Part shown: piece by piece, positions 27,045-36,432 of the stretch
Layout: each line of letters starts with the position of its first letter
Position numbering within the stretch: position 1 is the stretch's first letter
Assembly: GCA_964638675.1 (NCBI GenBank)
Contig: CAZXAU010000012.1
Span: 1,927-65,926, forward strand
Origin: an uncultured Lachnospiraceae bacterium
Lineage (GTDB): Bacteria > Bacillota > Clostridia > Oscillospirales > CAG-272
DNA length: 64,000 bases
Direction of reading: 5' to 3'
Translations under genes and position numbers: made by a program
The notes under the pieces: model-generated
The model's input: the letters and a program-made list of their open reading frames with translations, nothing else
Told to the model about the DNA's origin: nothing
Database searches by the model: none

Positions 27045-27911
27045 ATGAAAAGAATATTGATAGCCGGAAAAAACAGCTATGTCGGGGACAATCTCTCCGA
27101 TTTGCTGACTGAGAACGGCAATGTTGTGAATGTCCTTGATATGATAGGCGATTCGTGGCGTAAAGCCGACTTTGGCGGATATGATGCTGTTGTAGCAGTT
27201 TTCGGCATAGTTCACCGAAAAAAAGGCAGTATACCTACAGATGTCTATTTTAAAATAAACAGCGAGCTGACATTTGAGCTTGCCAAATACGCAAAAAAAG
27301 CAGGAATAAAACAATTTGTGTTTTTCAGCTCAATGAGCGTCTACGGTCCGAGCGAAATGGTGATAACTCATGATACCCGTCCTTGCCCTAAGGATGATTA
27401 CGGCGCAAGCAAGCTCAAAGCTGAGGAGCTGTTGCTGACACTCGAGGATGAAACCTTCAAGGTTGCAATAGTGCGCCCCCCTATGGTCTACGGAAACGGT
27501 TGCAAGGGGAATTATAATGTAATAGCAAAATTTGTGAAGAAATTCCCTGTCTTTCCAAACTACAGCAATGTAAGAAGCCTTATATATATAGGCAATGTGT
27601 GTGAATTTATTAAAAATCTGATCGACGGGGAGAAAAACGGCATTTACCTGCCGCAGGATGCAACCCTCACATCCACGGTTGCTTTGGGTGAGGAGATATT
27701 GCGTGCCAACGGCAAGAAGATGAGAAAGACGAAGCTATTCAATCCTTTTATAACACTTGCAAAAAAAATGGGAATAAATTTTATCCGGAAATCATTCGGA
27801 ACCTATTATTATGACACCGATTCAGATTTTGAGCATGTGGGAAAATACAGCTTTGGACAGGCAATAGCACTTTCCGAGGGAGCCGTAGAAACAGTAAAGG
27901 AAAACAAATGA
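27045..27911 (+). CDS. NAD-dependent epimerase/dehydratase (SDR)
   Basis: The N-terminal Rossmann motif is ILIAGKNSYVG and the YxxxK is in YGASKLKAE. ATG at 27045 is preferred to the track start. Confidence 0.8.
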   Translation: MKRILIAGKNSYVGDNLSDLLTENGNVVNVLDMIGDSWRKADFGGYDAVVAVFGIVHRKKGSIPTDVYFKINSELTFELAKYAKKAGIKQFVFFSSMSVYGPSEMVITHDTRPCPKDDYGASKLKAEELLLTLEDETFKVAIVRPPMVYGNGCKGNYNVIAKFVKKFPVFPNYSNVRSLIYIGNVCEFIKNLIDGEKNGIYLPQDATLTSTVALGEEILRANGKKMRKTKLFNPFITLAKKMGINFIRKSFGTYYYDTDSDFEHVGKYSFGQAIALSEGAVETVKENK

Positions 27912-29146
27912 AAAAAGACAAAGATATATTGCTGATGTGTCAGTTTTTCTATCCCGAATATGTTTCATCAGCCACACTGCCGTATGATACGGCAAAAAGG
28001 CTTTCGGAAGACGGATATAAAGTCGGTGCCCTTTGCGGATATCCGAAAGAATATACATCCGAAAAAGATCTTCCGATGAAAGAGATCAAGGACGGAATTG
28101 AAATAAAGCGGCTGAAATATCTTCAGATGAAAAGAGTAGGGAAGCTCGGCAAGCTTGTCAATTATTTTTCATTTGCACTGTCTGTGTTTTTTAATCTTCA
28201 CACGGCGAAAAGATATAAGGCAGTGATGGTCTACTCCAATCCTCCGCTTTTGCCCTTTTTTGCGGCCATGGCAAAAAAACTGTACGGTTGCAGACTGATC
28301 TTCGTATCATACGATGTATATCCCGAAATTGCAATGGCAGGAGGATATACGGGAAACGGTGGAATCATTGCAAAAGGACTTTCATTTGTCAACAAAAAGA
28401 CCTTTAAAAATGCCGACAAGGTGATCGCTGTTTCGTCGGATATGGCAGAATTCCTGCGGAAGAATCGGAAGATCGCACCTGAAAAGGTCACAAGTGTGCC
28501 GAATTGGTATGAAGATGAGAAAATAGTCTCTTCTCCTGCACCCGTGCTGAAGGAAAAACTTTTTTCCTGCGATGCCGATGATTTTATTGTTTCATATTTC
28601 GGGAATCTCGGCGAGTGTCAGGATGAAAAAATACTTATCGATGTTATAGACAGACTGAAGGATGAGAAAAAGATCAAGTTTGTTTTTGCAGGACACGGTA
28701 CAAAAATTGAAAAGCTAAAGGAGACGGTAAAGCTCAACTCATATGAAAATGTGAGGGTCCTTCCGTTTTTGCATGGGGATGATTATAAAAATGCATTGGT
28801 ACTTACAGATGTATTTACTGTTACCCTTATTGACGGTCTGTGCGGACTTTGTTCTCCGTCAAAGGCTTGCTGTTGCATGATGACGGGCAGACCTGTAATT
28901 GCCGTAATGGACAAAAACAGCGAGATAGGTTCGGATGTTGAGCACTCGGGGGCAGGAAGGTGCTTTGCAAACAGCGAGGGAGAGGAAGTTGCCGATTTTA
29001 TTAAAATGCTTTCGCAAGATCGGTCTCTTTGCGAAAAAATGGGCGAAAGTTCAAGAAAGCTCTTTCTGGCGAAGTATGAGAAAAACATTTGTCTTGATAA
29101 ATACCCGGATATTATAAAGCAGATCATCGGTGACCCACAAAAATAG
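27908..29146 (+). CDS. GT4-family glycosyltransferase (WbuB-like)
   Basis: It has the size of a GT-B fold and the N-terminus ILLMCQFFYPEYVSSATLPYDTAKRLSEDGYKV, typical of WbuB-like enzymes. It overlaps the upstream gene by 4 nt. Confidence 0.75.
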   Translation: MKKDKDILLMCQFFYPEYVSSATLPYDTAKRLSEDGYKVGALCGYPKEYTSEKDLPMKEIKDGIEIKRLKYLQMKRVGKLGKLVNYFSFALSVFFNLHTAKRYKAVMVYSNPPLLPFFAAMAKKLYGCRLIFVSYDVYPEIAMAGGYTGNGGIIAKGLSFVNKKTFKNADKVIAVSSDMAEFLRKNRKIAPEKVTSVPNWYEDEKIVSSPAPVLKEKLFSCDADDFIVSYFGNLGECQDEKILIDVIDRLKDEKKIKFVFAGHGTKIEKLKETVKLNSYENVRVLPFLHGDDYKNALVLTDVFTVTLIDGLCGLCSPSKACCCMMTGRPVIAVMDKNSEIGSDVEHSGAGRCFANSEGEEVADFIKMLSQDRSLCEKMGESSRKLFLAKYEKNICLDKYPDIIKQIIGDPQK

Positions 29147-29222
29147 ATCATATCAGCATTATGTTATGCAACTGAAAAAATGAAAGGTGTATATAATTGT
29201 ATACAGTCAGGTATATGTGAAA

Positions 29223-30425
29223 ATGAAAATTCTTGTTACGGGAGCAAACGGCTTTGTCGGAAAAAATCTTTGTGAGGCACTGAAAAATATAAGGGATGGA
29301 AAAGACAGAACACATCCTGACATCAGAATAGACGATATATTCATGTATGATATAAATTCAAGTGCGGACGAATTCGAGGATTACTGTAAAAATGCTGACT
29401 TTGTTTTCAATTTCGCCGGAATCAATCGTCCTGAAATAAGCGATGATTTTTCTAAAGGAAACAGAGATTTTGTTTCATATCTTATCGGGACGCTCGAAAA
29501 ATACAACAACACCTGCCCTGTTATGCTTTCTTCTTCCATTCAGGCAACGCTTATAGGAAGATATAACGGAGAGTACGGAAGAAGCAAAAAAGCAGGTGAG
29601 GATATACTTTTTGAATACTCGGAAAGAACCGGTGCAAAGATTCTTGTTTACCGTTTTACAAATGTTTTCGGTAAATGGTGCAGACCGAACTACAATTCGG
29701 CAGTTGCCACGTTTTGTTATAACAAGGCAAACGATCTTCCCGTACACGTCACTGATCCTTCGATAGAGCTTGAGCTCCTTTATATCGACGATCTCGTGAG
29801 TGAGATGCTTTGTGCACTCGAGGGCAGGGAACACCGTTGCGATTTTGACGGCGTGAGTGCCGTTTTTAAAGAGGACGGAAAATACTGTGCTCCCACTGTC
29901 ACGCATAAGGTGACTCTCGGAAAAATAGTTTCGACACTCGACAGCTTTTGTGCACAGCCTAAAACACTTGTAATGCCCGAGATACCTATGGGAAGCTTTG
30001 AGAAAAAGCTTTATTCTACATATCTTTCATACCTGCCAAAGGAAAAGATCACTGTAGATCTGAATATGCATTGCGATGCAAGAGGAAGTTTCACCGAGCT
30101 CATGCGTACCGAAAAATGCGGTCAGTTCAGCGTCAACATTTCAAAGCCGGGCATAAAAAAAGGAGAACACTGGCATAATTCAAAATGGGAGATATTTATC
30201 GTTGTTTCGGGGCACGGACTTATCAGACAGAGAAAAATTGACAGCGATGAGATCATAGACTTTGAGGTAACCGGAAAAGAGCTGAAGGCGGTTCAGATCA
30301 TTCCGGGGTATACACACAGCATTATAAATCTTTCGGACAGCGAAGACCTTGTCACTATCATGTGGGCAAATGAACAGTTTGATGATAAAAAGCCAGAAAC
30401 TTATGCTCTTGAGGTAGAGCAGTAA
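29223..30425 (+). CDS. CapF/WbjC-like bifunctional sugar-nucleotide reductase/epimerase (SDR + cupin)
   Basis: The N-terminus MKILVTGANGFVGKNL is a Rossmann fold. The C-terminus is cupin-like: GEHWHNSKWEIFIVVSGHGLI. Confidence 0.7.
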   Translation: MKILVTGANGFVGKNLCEALKNIRDGKDRTHPDIRIDDIFMYDINSSADEFEDYCKNADFVFNFAGINRPEISDDFSKGNRDFVSYLIGTLEKYNNTCPVMLSSSIQATLIGRYNGEYGRSKKAGEDILFEYSERTGAKILVYRFTNVFGKWCRPNYNSAVATFCYNKANDLPVHVTDPSIELELLYIDDLVSEMLCALEGREHRCDFDGVSAVFKEDGKYCAPTVTHKVTLGKIVSTLDSFCAQPKTLVMPEIPMGSFEKKLYSTYLSYLPKEKITVDLNMHCDARGSFTELMRTEKCGQFSVNISKPGIKKGEHWHNSKWEIFIVVSGHGLIRQRKIDSDEIIDFEVTGKELKAVQIIPGYTHSIINLSDSEDLVTIMWANEQFDDKKPETYALEVEQ

Positions 30426-30559
30426 AATTCGGTCAAAAGAGATAAGACGATTGCAGAACAGATCCGGAGAGCGGGTGATCTTCCGGAATTCACAGTTCCG
30501 GGCAGATCATCAAAATTACAACACGATCTGAAAAATATATTATATAACGGAGAAAAAAG

Positions 30560-31867
30560 ATGTTTGCAGGGTATATTGCACTTCTATTTTGCATTTTGAT
30601 AATAAACAGAATACTTTTCGGATTGCGGATAATGCCGACCGACATCTTTTCGATCGTATGGTGCGTGTTTGCAGGAACGGCAAGTATAGGTGCATACGGA
30701 AACTATACGACTACCTTTGAAACCAATCTTATGGTCATGGTGACAATAGTGACATTTGACCTTATTTTCACGCTTATATATTCATTCAAGAACAGAGCAG
30801 GCGACCGGATATATATGGATGATATGAAAAGCGGAAGCGAGAAAGAATTCTTCGAGAGTACCGTAATCAATCATCCGATCATAGTACTTGTTAATGTTGT
30901 ATGCTGGGCTTTTTGTTTCCCGCTTCTTCGCAGAACGATCCCAATTCTGTTTTCTGAAGGCTTTGAGGCACTCAGACGTTATGTGTTTAATTTTGAAGAC
31001 GCCGCAATAATGTCTACCAATACAGAGCTTGTGATAGTGTGGATAATTCAGCCTGCATTTGTTGCCACGATGGCTATTGCTGCCGCTGCAGTTATTTTTA
31101 AATTCAAGGGAAGATTTTTGCTTCTTGGAATGGCGGTTGCAGATGTCGGTATATCTACCCTCATATTTGCAGGAAGGGGAATGATAGTCAAACTTATCTC
31201 GCTTTTTGTCATGTCTATCATTATTGCATCGGGAAAGCGAATATTCAAGGTTCTGATCAGAAATAAATGGCTTGTTTTGCTTCTGGTCATAGGAGTTGTA
31301 GTTGTAATTTCGATTACAGCCGAGCGTTCGTTCCTCGGTTATACTATTATGCAGAATCTTTACACATATATGGCAGGACCGTTTATATACCTGCAGCGAG
31401 TGCTTGAAGAATATCCGCTCTATTCGACAGATATGCTTTGGGGAACTGCGACATTCGGTTGCTTTTTTTCGGCTATCGGCATAGTCGGAAAGATCTTCTT
31501 CAAAACTGATTTTAACGCACCGGAGTATACAATACCGCTTGTTACGGCTAACTATCTCGATATCAGTGAATCAGGATCAATGAATTCAATGACAACAATG
31601 ATATATCCATTCCTCAGGGACTTCGGATATCCCGGGCTTTTCATCGGCCCCATGATATATGCGGTGTTTGCCGCTCTGATGATGCGTAATTTTGAAAAGC
31701 AGCGAAGTTTCAGAACCTTCTGCCTTATGGCTTATGTTATGCACACGCTTGCCTTCTCTGTGCAGAATCTTGTTTTTCTCAAGTTTGAGTCGCTGTCAAT
31801 AATAGTTTTTATAATAGTTTTTACGACCGGAATAAGGATCAAAAACGGAAAACTTATAGTTTCCTGA
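30560..31867 (+). CDS. polytopic membrane protein, probable oligosaccharide repeat-unit polymerase (Wzy-like)
   Basis: A 435-aa protein with more than 10 hydrophobic segments, located between glycosyltransferase genes. The assignment rests on context and topology only. Confidence 0.55.
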   Translation: MFAGYIALLFCILIINRILFGLRIMPTDIFSIVWCVFAGTASIGAYGNYTTTFETNLMVMVTIVTFDLIFTLIYSFKNRAGDRIYMDDMKSGSEKEFFESTVINHPIIVLVNVVCWAFCFPLLRRTIPILFSEGFEALRRYVFNFEDAAIMSTNTELVIVWIIQPAFVATMAIAAAAVIFKFKGRFLLLGMAVADVGISTLIFAGRGMIVKLISLFVMSIIIASGKRIFKVLIRNKWLVLLLVIGVVVVISITAERSFLGYTIMQNLYTYMAGPFIYLQRVLEEYPLYSTDMLWGTATFGCFFSAIGIVGKIFFKTDFNAPEYTIPLVTANYLDISESGSMNSMTTMIYPFLRDFGYPGLFIGPMIYAVFAALMMRNFEKQRSFRTFCLMAYVMHTLAFSVQNLVFLKFESLSIIVFIIVFTTGIRIKNGKLIVS

Positions 31868-31901
31868 TTTTATCACATTAAAATATTTATGAGGTTTATA
31901 T

Positions 31902-32870
31902 ATGTCCGATATTAAAGTAAGCATCACATCACTTGCATACAATCAGGAAAAATATGTTGCCAAAGCAATAGAAAGCTTCCTTGCACAGAAAACAACATTT
32001 GATTTTGAGATACTGATAAATGATGACTGTTCTACAGACGGTACTACCGAGATAATCAGGGAGTATGAGAGAAAGTATCCCGGAAAGGTCATAGGGGTGT
32101 ACCACGACGAGAATCAGTATTCAAAAGGAATAAAACCGGGAGTGGCACTTCGCCGTATGGCAAAAGGTGAGTATATCGCATTTTGCGAGTGTGATGATTT
32201 CATGACAGATGAGTACAAGCTTCAGAAGCAATTCGATTATATGGAAGCCCATCCCGAATGCTCGATCTGTACACATGCCGTCACTACGGTCGATTCTTAC
32301 GGAAACCCCACACCGAAGCTGACACGGCAGAATGTCGGCGACAGGGACTATGATGCCGGTGAGGTTATAGCACTCGGCGATAATAATTTTCCTACATCAT
32401 CAATGATGATCAGAAAAAAATTTGACAGCGAATACCCCGAATTCTATTATAAATGTCCTGTAGGGGATTATCCGATGCAGGTATATATGACAATGTGCGG
32501 ATATCTGCACTATATTGATGAATTTATGTCATGTTACCGTCTCAACGCCGATTCTTCATGGACGAACAGAATACAGTCAAGCGATAAGAAGCTTGTTGCA
32601 CACTATGAAAAACTTATAGAATCGCTTGTATCAATGGATGAATATTCAAAAGGAAAATATTCATTACAGATAAGTGGGCAGATAAACAAATATAATTTGC
32701 TGATCGGTCTGATAAAGCATGATATTAAAAGGATCTATTCATCAAGCAAAAAAGCGGATATGAACGGACTGCCGAAATCGGTCAGAATCGGAAGATATAT
32801 TCCGAGTGCATATTATGTTTTCAGAAAGCTGAGAACTGTAAAGAGAAATAAAAAGTATAAGGGAAAATAA
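31902..32870 (+). CDS. GT2-family glycosyltransferase
   Basis: The N-terminus VSITSLAYNQEKYVAKAIESFLAQ and the DDCSTDGT and CECDD (DxD-like) motifs are present. Confidence 0.85.
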   Translation: MSDIKVSITSLAYNQEKYVAKAIESFLAQKTTFDFEILINDDCSTDGTTEIIREYERKYPGKVIGVYHDENQYSKGIKPGVALRRMAKGEYIAFCECDDFMTDEYKLQKQFDYMEAHPECSICTHAVTTVDSYGNPTPKLTRQNVGDRDYDAGEVIALGDNNFPTSSMMIRKKFDSEYPEFYYKCPVGDYPMQVYMTMCGYLHYIDEFMSCYRLNADSSWTNRIQSSDKKLVAHYEKLIESLVSMDEYSKGKYSLQISGQINKYNLLIGLIKHDIKRIYSSSKKADMNGLPKSVRIGRYIPSAYYVFRKLRTVKRNKKYKGK

Positions 32871-33090
32871 TATAACAGCATACAACTATTTTTTCGTTAA
32901 TACTTATATCATCAGTGTGGGGGAGGTACCCTACGTGACGTGTACGGTTTATAGTGAAGAGCTAAAAGTTAAAAGATAAGTACACCCATACCCCTTCCTA
33001 TACTAAAATTTTTGAGGGGAAGGTGAAATTTTCTACAGAAAGCTCCCCCGAGTAAAAAACAAAAGCTAACTACATTGAAAGGTGAAGCAT

Positions 33091-34419
33091 ATGGATAAGT
33101 TGTCAAGAAAAATACCGTTCAGCCTGGAAGCGGAGCAGGCTGTTCTCGGTTCTATATTGCTCGACCCAGCGAAATTTGATCTTATTGCTGAGAATGGACT
33201 TTCTGTTTCGGAATTTTATCTTGAAGAGCACAGGGAGATTTTTGCGGCAATGCAGAAGCTGTATCTGTCTAGCCGCAACATTGATCTTGTCACACTTATA
33301 GACAATATAGTTGCCGAGGGAACATTTGATAAAGAGCGTTCAATTGCATACATAAAGACTATTACAGATATAGTCCCTTCCGCTTCAAACATACTTGATT
33401 ATATTAAGATAGTCAAGGACAAGTGGCTCAAACGCAGGATAATCGAGGTTTGCGAAGAATCCTGCGATATGGCATACACCGACGGCAATGAGGGAAAAGA
33501 GCTGCTTGATGCTGTTTCGGGAAGTATTTATTCGCTTGCAGACAATGTAGTCAAGCACGATTTCAAGCATATCAGAGAAGTAATAATCGATACATATGCA
33601 GAGATAAGAAATTCGGGTTCGGATGACCCGTCAAAGCACGGACTGTCAACAGGCTTTTCGGTGGTAGATGACGTGCTTGTCGGAATGAGTCCGGGCGACC
33701 TTGTTCTTGTAGGAGCACGCCCGGGTATGGGTAAAACGGCGTTTGCAATAAATATGTCGGTCAATGCCGCAAGGAGCAGCGGCAAGGCGGTCTGCATTTT
33801 TTCACTTGAAATGTCGGCGGTTCAGCTCGCACTCCGTATGCTCTCGAGCGAGGCGATGATAAATAGCAAGACACTGCGTTCGGGAAAACTGCAACCCGAG
33901 GAATGGAATAAACTTGCCGAAGCATCGGGATATCTTTCTGAATGCAATATTTTTATAGACGACACCCCCGGAATCGGAGTTGCGGCAATGCGTGCAAAGC
34001 TCCGCAGAATTAAAAATCTGGGACTGATAGTTGTCGATTACCTTGGACTTATGCAATCGGACAAGAGAAATGAAAACAGGGTAAACGAGGTAGCTGATAT
34101 TTCGAGAAACTTGAAGCTTCTCGCAAAAGAGCTCGGCGTGCCGATAATATGCTGTGCACAGCTTTCAAGAGGTCCTGAGGGAAGAGAAAACAAAAAGCCT
34201 ATGCTTTCAGACCTGCGTGATTCCGGAGCTATCGAGCAGGATGCCGATGTTGTAATGTTCATCTACCGTGAGGAATACTATAAAGAAGACAGCCAAAAAC
34301 AGAATGAGGCGGAGATAATAATTGCAAAGAACAGACACGGTTCTGTTTCAAATGTCAAGCTCGGATGGTTCGGAGAGTTTACTAAATTTTCAACACTTTC
34401 CAACCGAGAGGATAACTGA
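33091..34419 (+). CDS. dnaB: replicative DNA helicase
   Basis: It has PFSLEAEQAVLGSILLD, Walker A GARPGMGKTAF, SLEMS, and RDSGAIEQDADVV. Confidence 0.95.
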   Translation: MDKLSRKIPFSLEAEQAVLGSILLDPAKFDLIAENGLSVSEFYLEEHREIFAAMQKLYLSSRNIDLVTLIDNIVAEGTFDKERSIAYIKTITDIVPSASNILDYIKIVKDKWLKRRIIEVCEESCDMAYTDGNEGKELLDAVSGSIYSLADNVVKHDFKHIREVIIDTYAEIRNSGSDDPSKHGLSTGFSVVDDVLVGMSPGDLVLVGARPGMGKTAFAINMSVNAARSSGKAVCIFSLEMSAVQLALRMLSSEAMINSKTLRSGKLQPEEWNKLAEASGYLSECNIFIDDTPGIGVAAMRAKLRRIKNLGLIVVDYLGLMQSDKRNENRVNEVADISRNLKLLAKELGVPIICCAQLSRGPEGRENKKPMLSDLRDSGAIEQDADVVMFIYREEYYKEDSQKQNEAEIIIAKNRHGSVSNVKLGWFGEFTKFSTLSNREDN

Positions 34420-34425
34420 TTGGTT

Positions 34426-35835
34426 ATGACACAAGCAGAAATAAAATTCAACGATATAATTCACTCAAAAAAAATGCTCGACGGTGCCAAAGGTGTGCTG
34501 GTCGGATTCTCGGGCGGCGCAGATTCTTCGGCACTGCTTGATATGCTGAATAGAGAGTGCGGAAAAAGGGGAATATCTCTTACAGCGGTCCATGTCAACC
34601 ATATGATAAGAGGACAGGAGGCTGAACGGGATGAAGAATTCTGCAAAGAGCTTTGCGGAGAAAAGGGAATACGATTTATTTCGATAAAAAGGGATATCCC
34701 GGCTATTGCTAAGGAAAGAAAGCAGGGACTTGAGGAATGTGCCCGGAGCATCCGGTATGAAGCATTTGAATCGATCTGCAAAGAATACGGAATCGATCTT
34801 ATTGCCACGGCACACAATGCCGATGATAATCTCGAAACCCTGATATTCAATATTGTGCGCGGATGCGGAAGCAGTGGGATGTCGGCTATTTCTCCTGTGA
34901 GAGGGAATATAATACGTCCGCTTATTTCCTGCACGAAAAAAGAAATAATTGAGTATTGCAGTCAAAAGGGAATATCATACGTAACCGACAGCACAAATTC
35001 CGACACGGAATATACGAGAAATTTTATAAGACATCTTGTCCTGCCTCAACTCAGACAGATAAACTGCCATGCTGAGGAAAATGCCTTTTCGGCTTGTGAA
35101 AAAATGCGTGAGATCAACGAATTTCTCGACCATACAGCAGGTATGCAGAATGGAGTTTTTCTTCCGGAATTGCACCAGGCTCTGATCAAGCGGATGTTTG
35201 CGAACGAATATGCCGAGTATGCGAAAAATAGCGACAGTGCAGTGCTCAGCGAGAAAAATTATGACGATTTTGTATCACTTGTTAAGAGCGAAAAGATCAA
35301 TTCGTTTTTGTCTCTTCCCGGAAAGATAAGAGTCTGCATAGACAACGATCACCGTGCGGTGTTTGATAAAGATGAAAGAAAAAAAGACAGGCAGAGCGGT
35401 GCACAATGTGATGGTAAACGGTTTTATCTGAAAAAGGGAATCAATTTGATAGATGAGCTCGACTGTGTGGCGGTTCTTTCGGATCACGGAGAAGATATTA
35501 CATATAAGGACCAAAATATTTACAATTTATCTATAAAACAAACGCTATATTTTGATACAATAACACAAGTTGAACGATTATATATCCGTGCGAGAATACC
35601 GGGTGACGAATACAGGTACGGCGGTATGACAAGAAAGATCAAAAAACTGCTCACACCACTCCATCTTACAGGCGATGAAAAGGCAAGCTATCCGGTTGTT
35701 TGCGACGAAAACGGAATATTATATCTTCCCGGTTTTCGTCAGCGTGAGAGCGTAAACGGAATGAAATCACAAATCAAATTATCAATACAAATATTCATGT
35801 TCAGAAAGAAAGCTTTTGGAGGCGAAAATGACTGA
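34426..35835 (+). CDS. tilS: tRNA(Ile)-lysidine synthetase
   Basis: It has the PP-loop GFSGGADSS and sits in the canonical tilS-hpt-ftsH order. The start is ATG 34426 or TTG 34420. Confidence 0.9.
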   Translation: MTQAEIKFNDIIHSKKMLDGAKGVLVGFSGGADSSALLDMLNRECGKRGISLTAVHVNHMIRGQEAERDEEFCKELCGEKGIRFISIKRDIPAIAKERKQGLEECARSIRYEAFESICKEYGIDLIATAHNADDNLETLIFNIVRGCGSSGMSAISPVRGNIIRPLISCTKKEIIEYCSQKGISYVTDSTNSDTEYTRNFIRHLVLPQLRQINCHAEENAFSACEKMREINEFLDHTAGMQNGVFLPELHQALIKRMFANEYAEYAKNSDSAVLSEKNYDDFVSLVKSEKINSFLSLPGKIRVCIDNDHRAVFDKDERKKDRQSGAQCDGKRFYLKKGINLIDELDCVAVLSDHGEDITYKDQNIYNLSIKQTLYFDTITQVERLYIRARIPGDEYRYGGMTRKIKKLLTPLHLTGDEKASYPVVCDENGILYLPGFRQRESVNGMKSQIKLSIQIFMFRKKAFGGEND

Positions 35836-36406
35836 AGAGTTTTACAATATGCGGGCAAAGGATATCGGAAGAGTCCTTGTCAGTGAAAAAGAAATCGAGC
35901 AGATAATTATACGGCTCGCTAAAGAGATCGACAATGATGTTGAAGGAAGCGAGAAAAAGCTTCTTCTCATTTGTGTACTTAAGGGAAGTATGATCTTTAC
36001 AGCGGATCTGATGAGAAAGATAAAAACTCCGCTTGAACTCGACTTTATAAAGGCATCTTCTTATGGAAGCGGTACTGTAAGCAGCGGGCAGCTGAAAATA
36101 TCACTTGAATGTTCGGATCATGATTGGAAAAACACAAATGTTCTGATCGTTGAGGATATAGTGGACAGCGGAAACACGCTCAGCAGACTTGTCAGATTCT
36201 TCAGAAATAAGGGTGCGGAATATGTAAAGACCTGCACTCTGCTTGATAAACCCGAGCGTCGTGAGGTCGATTTCGATCCCGATTTCGTAGGAGCAAGAGT
36301 TCCGAACGAATTTGTTGTCGGTTACGGACTTGATGCCGCTGAAAGTTATAGGGAATTGCCCTTTGTAGGCGTATTGAAAGACGAAATCATCCAAAAATAT
36401 ATATAA
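35828..36406 (+). CDS. hpt: hypoxanthine phosphoribosyltransferase
   Basis: It has the PRPP-binding VLIVEDIVDSGNTL. SD GGAGG precedes ATG 35828. Confidence 0.9.
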   Translation: MTEEFYNMRAKDIGRVLVSEKEIEQIIIRLAKEIDNDVEGSEKKLLLICVLKGSMIFTADLMRKIKTPLELDFIKASSYGSGTVSSGQLKISLECSDHDWKNTNVLIVEDIVDSGNTLSRLVRFFRNKGAEYVKTCTLLDKPERREVDFDPDFVGARVPNEFVVGYGLDAAESYRELPFVGVLKDEIIQKYI

Positions 36407-36432
36407 TCAGATTATTAATTTACGGAGGAAGA

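Noticed and set aside
26802-27314. 170-aa minus-strand ORF across the polysaccharide-cluster promoter and epimerase start.
   Set aside because: It is an AT-rich shadow ORF overlapping a well-supported SDR gene and its promoter.
34461-34965. 157-aa and 166-aa minus-strand ORFs.
   Set aside because: They are antisense to tilS, which has the PP-loop motif and conserved operon context.
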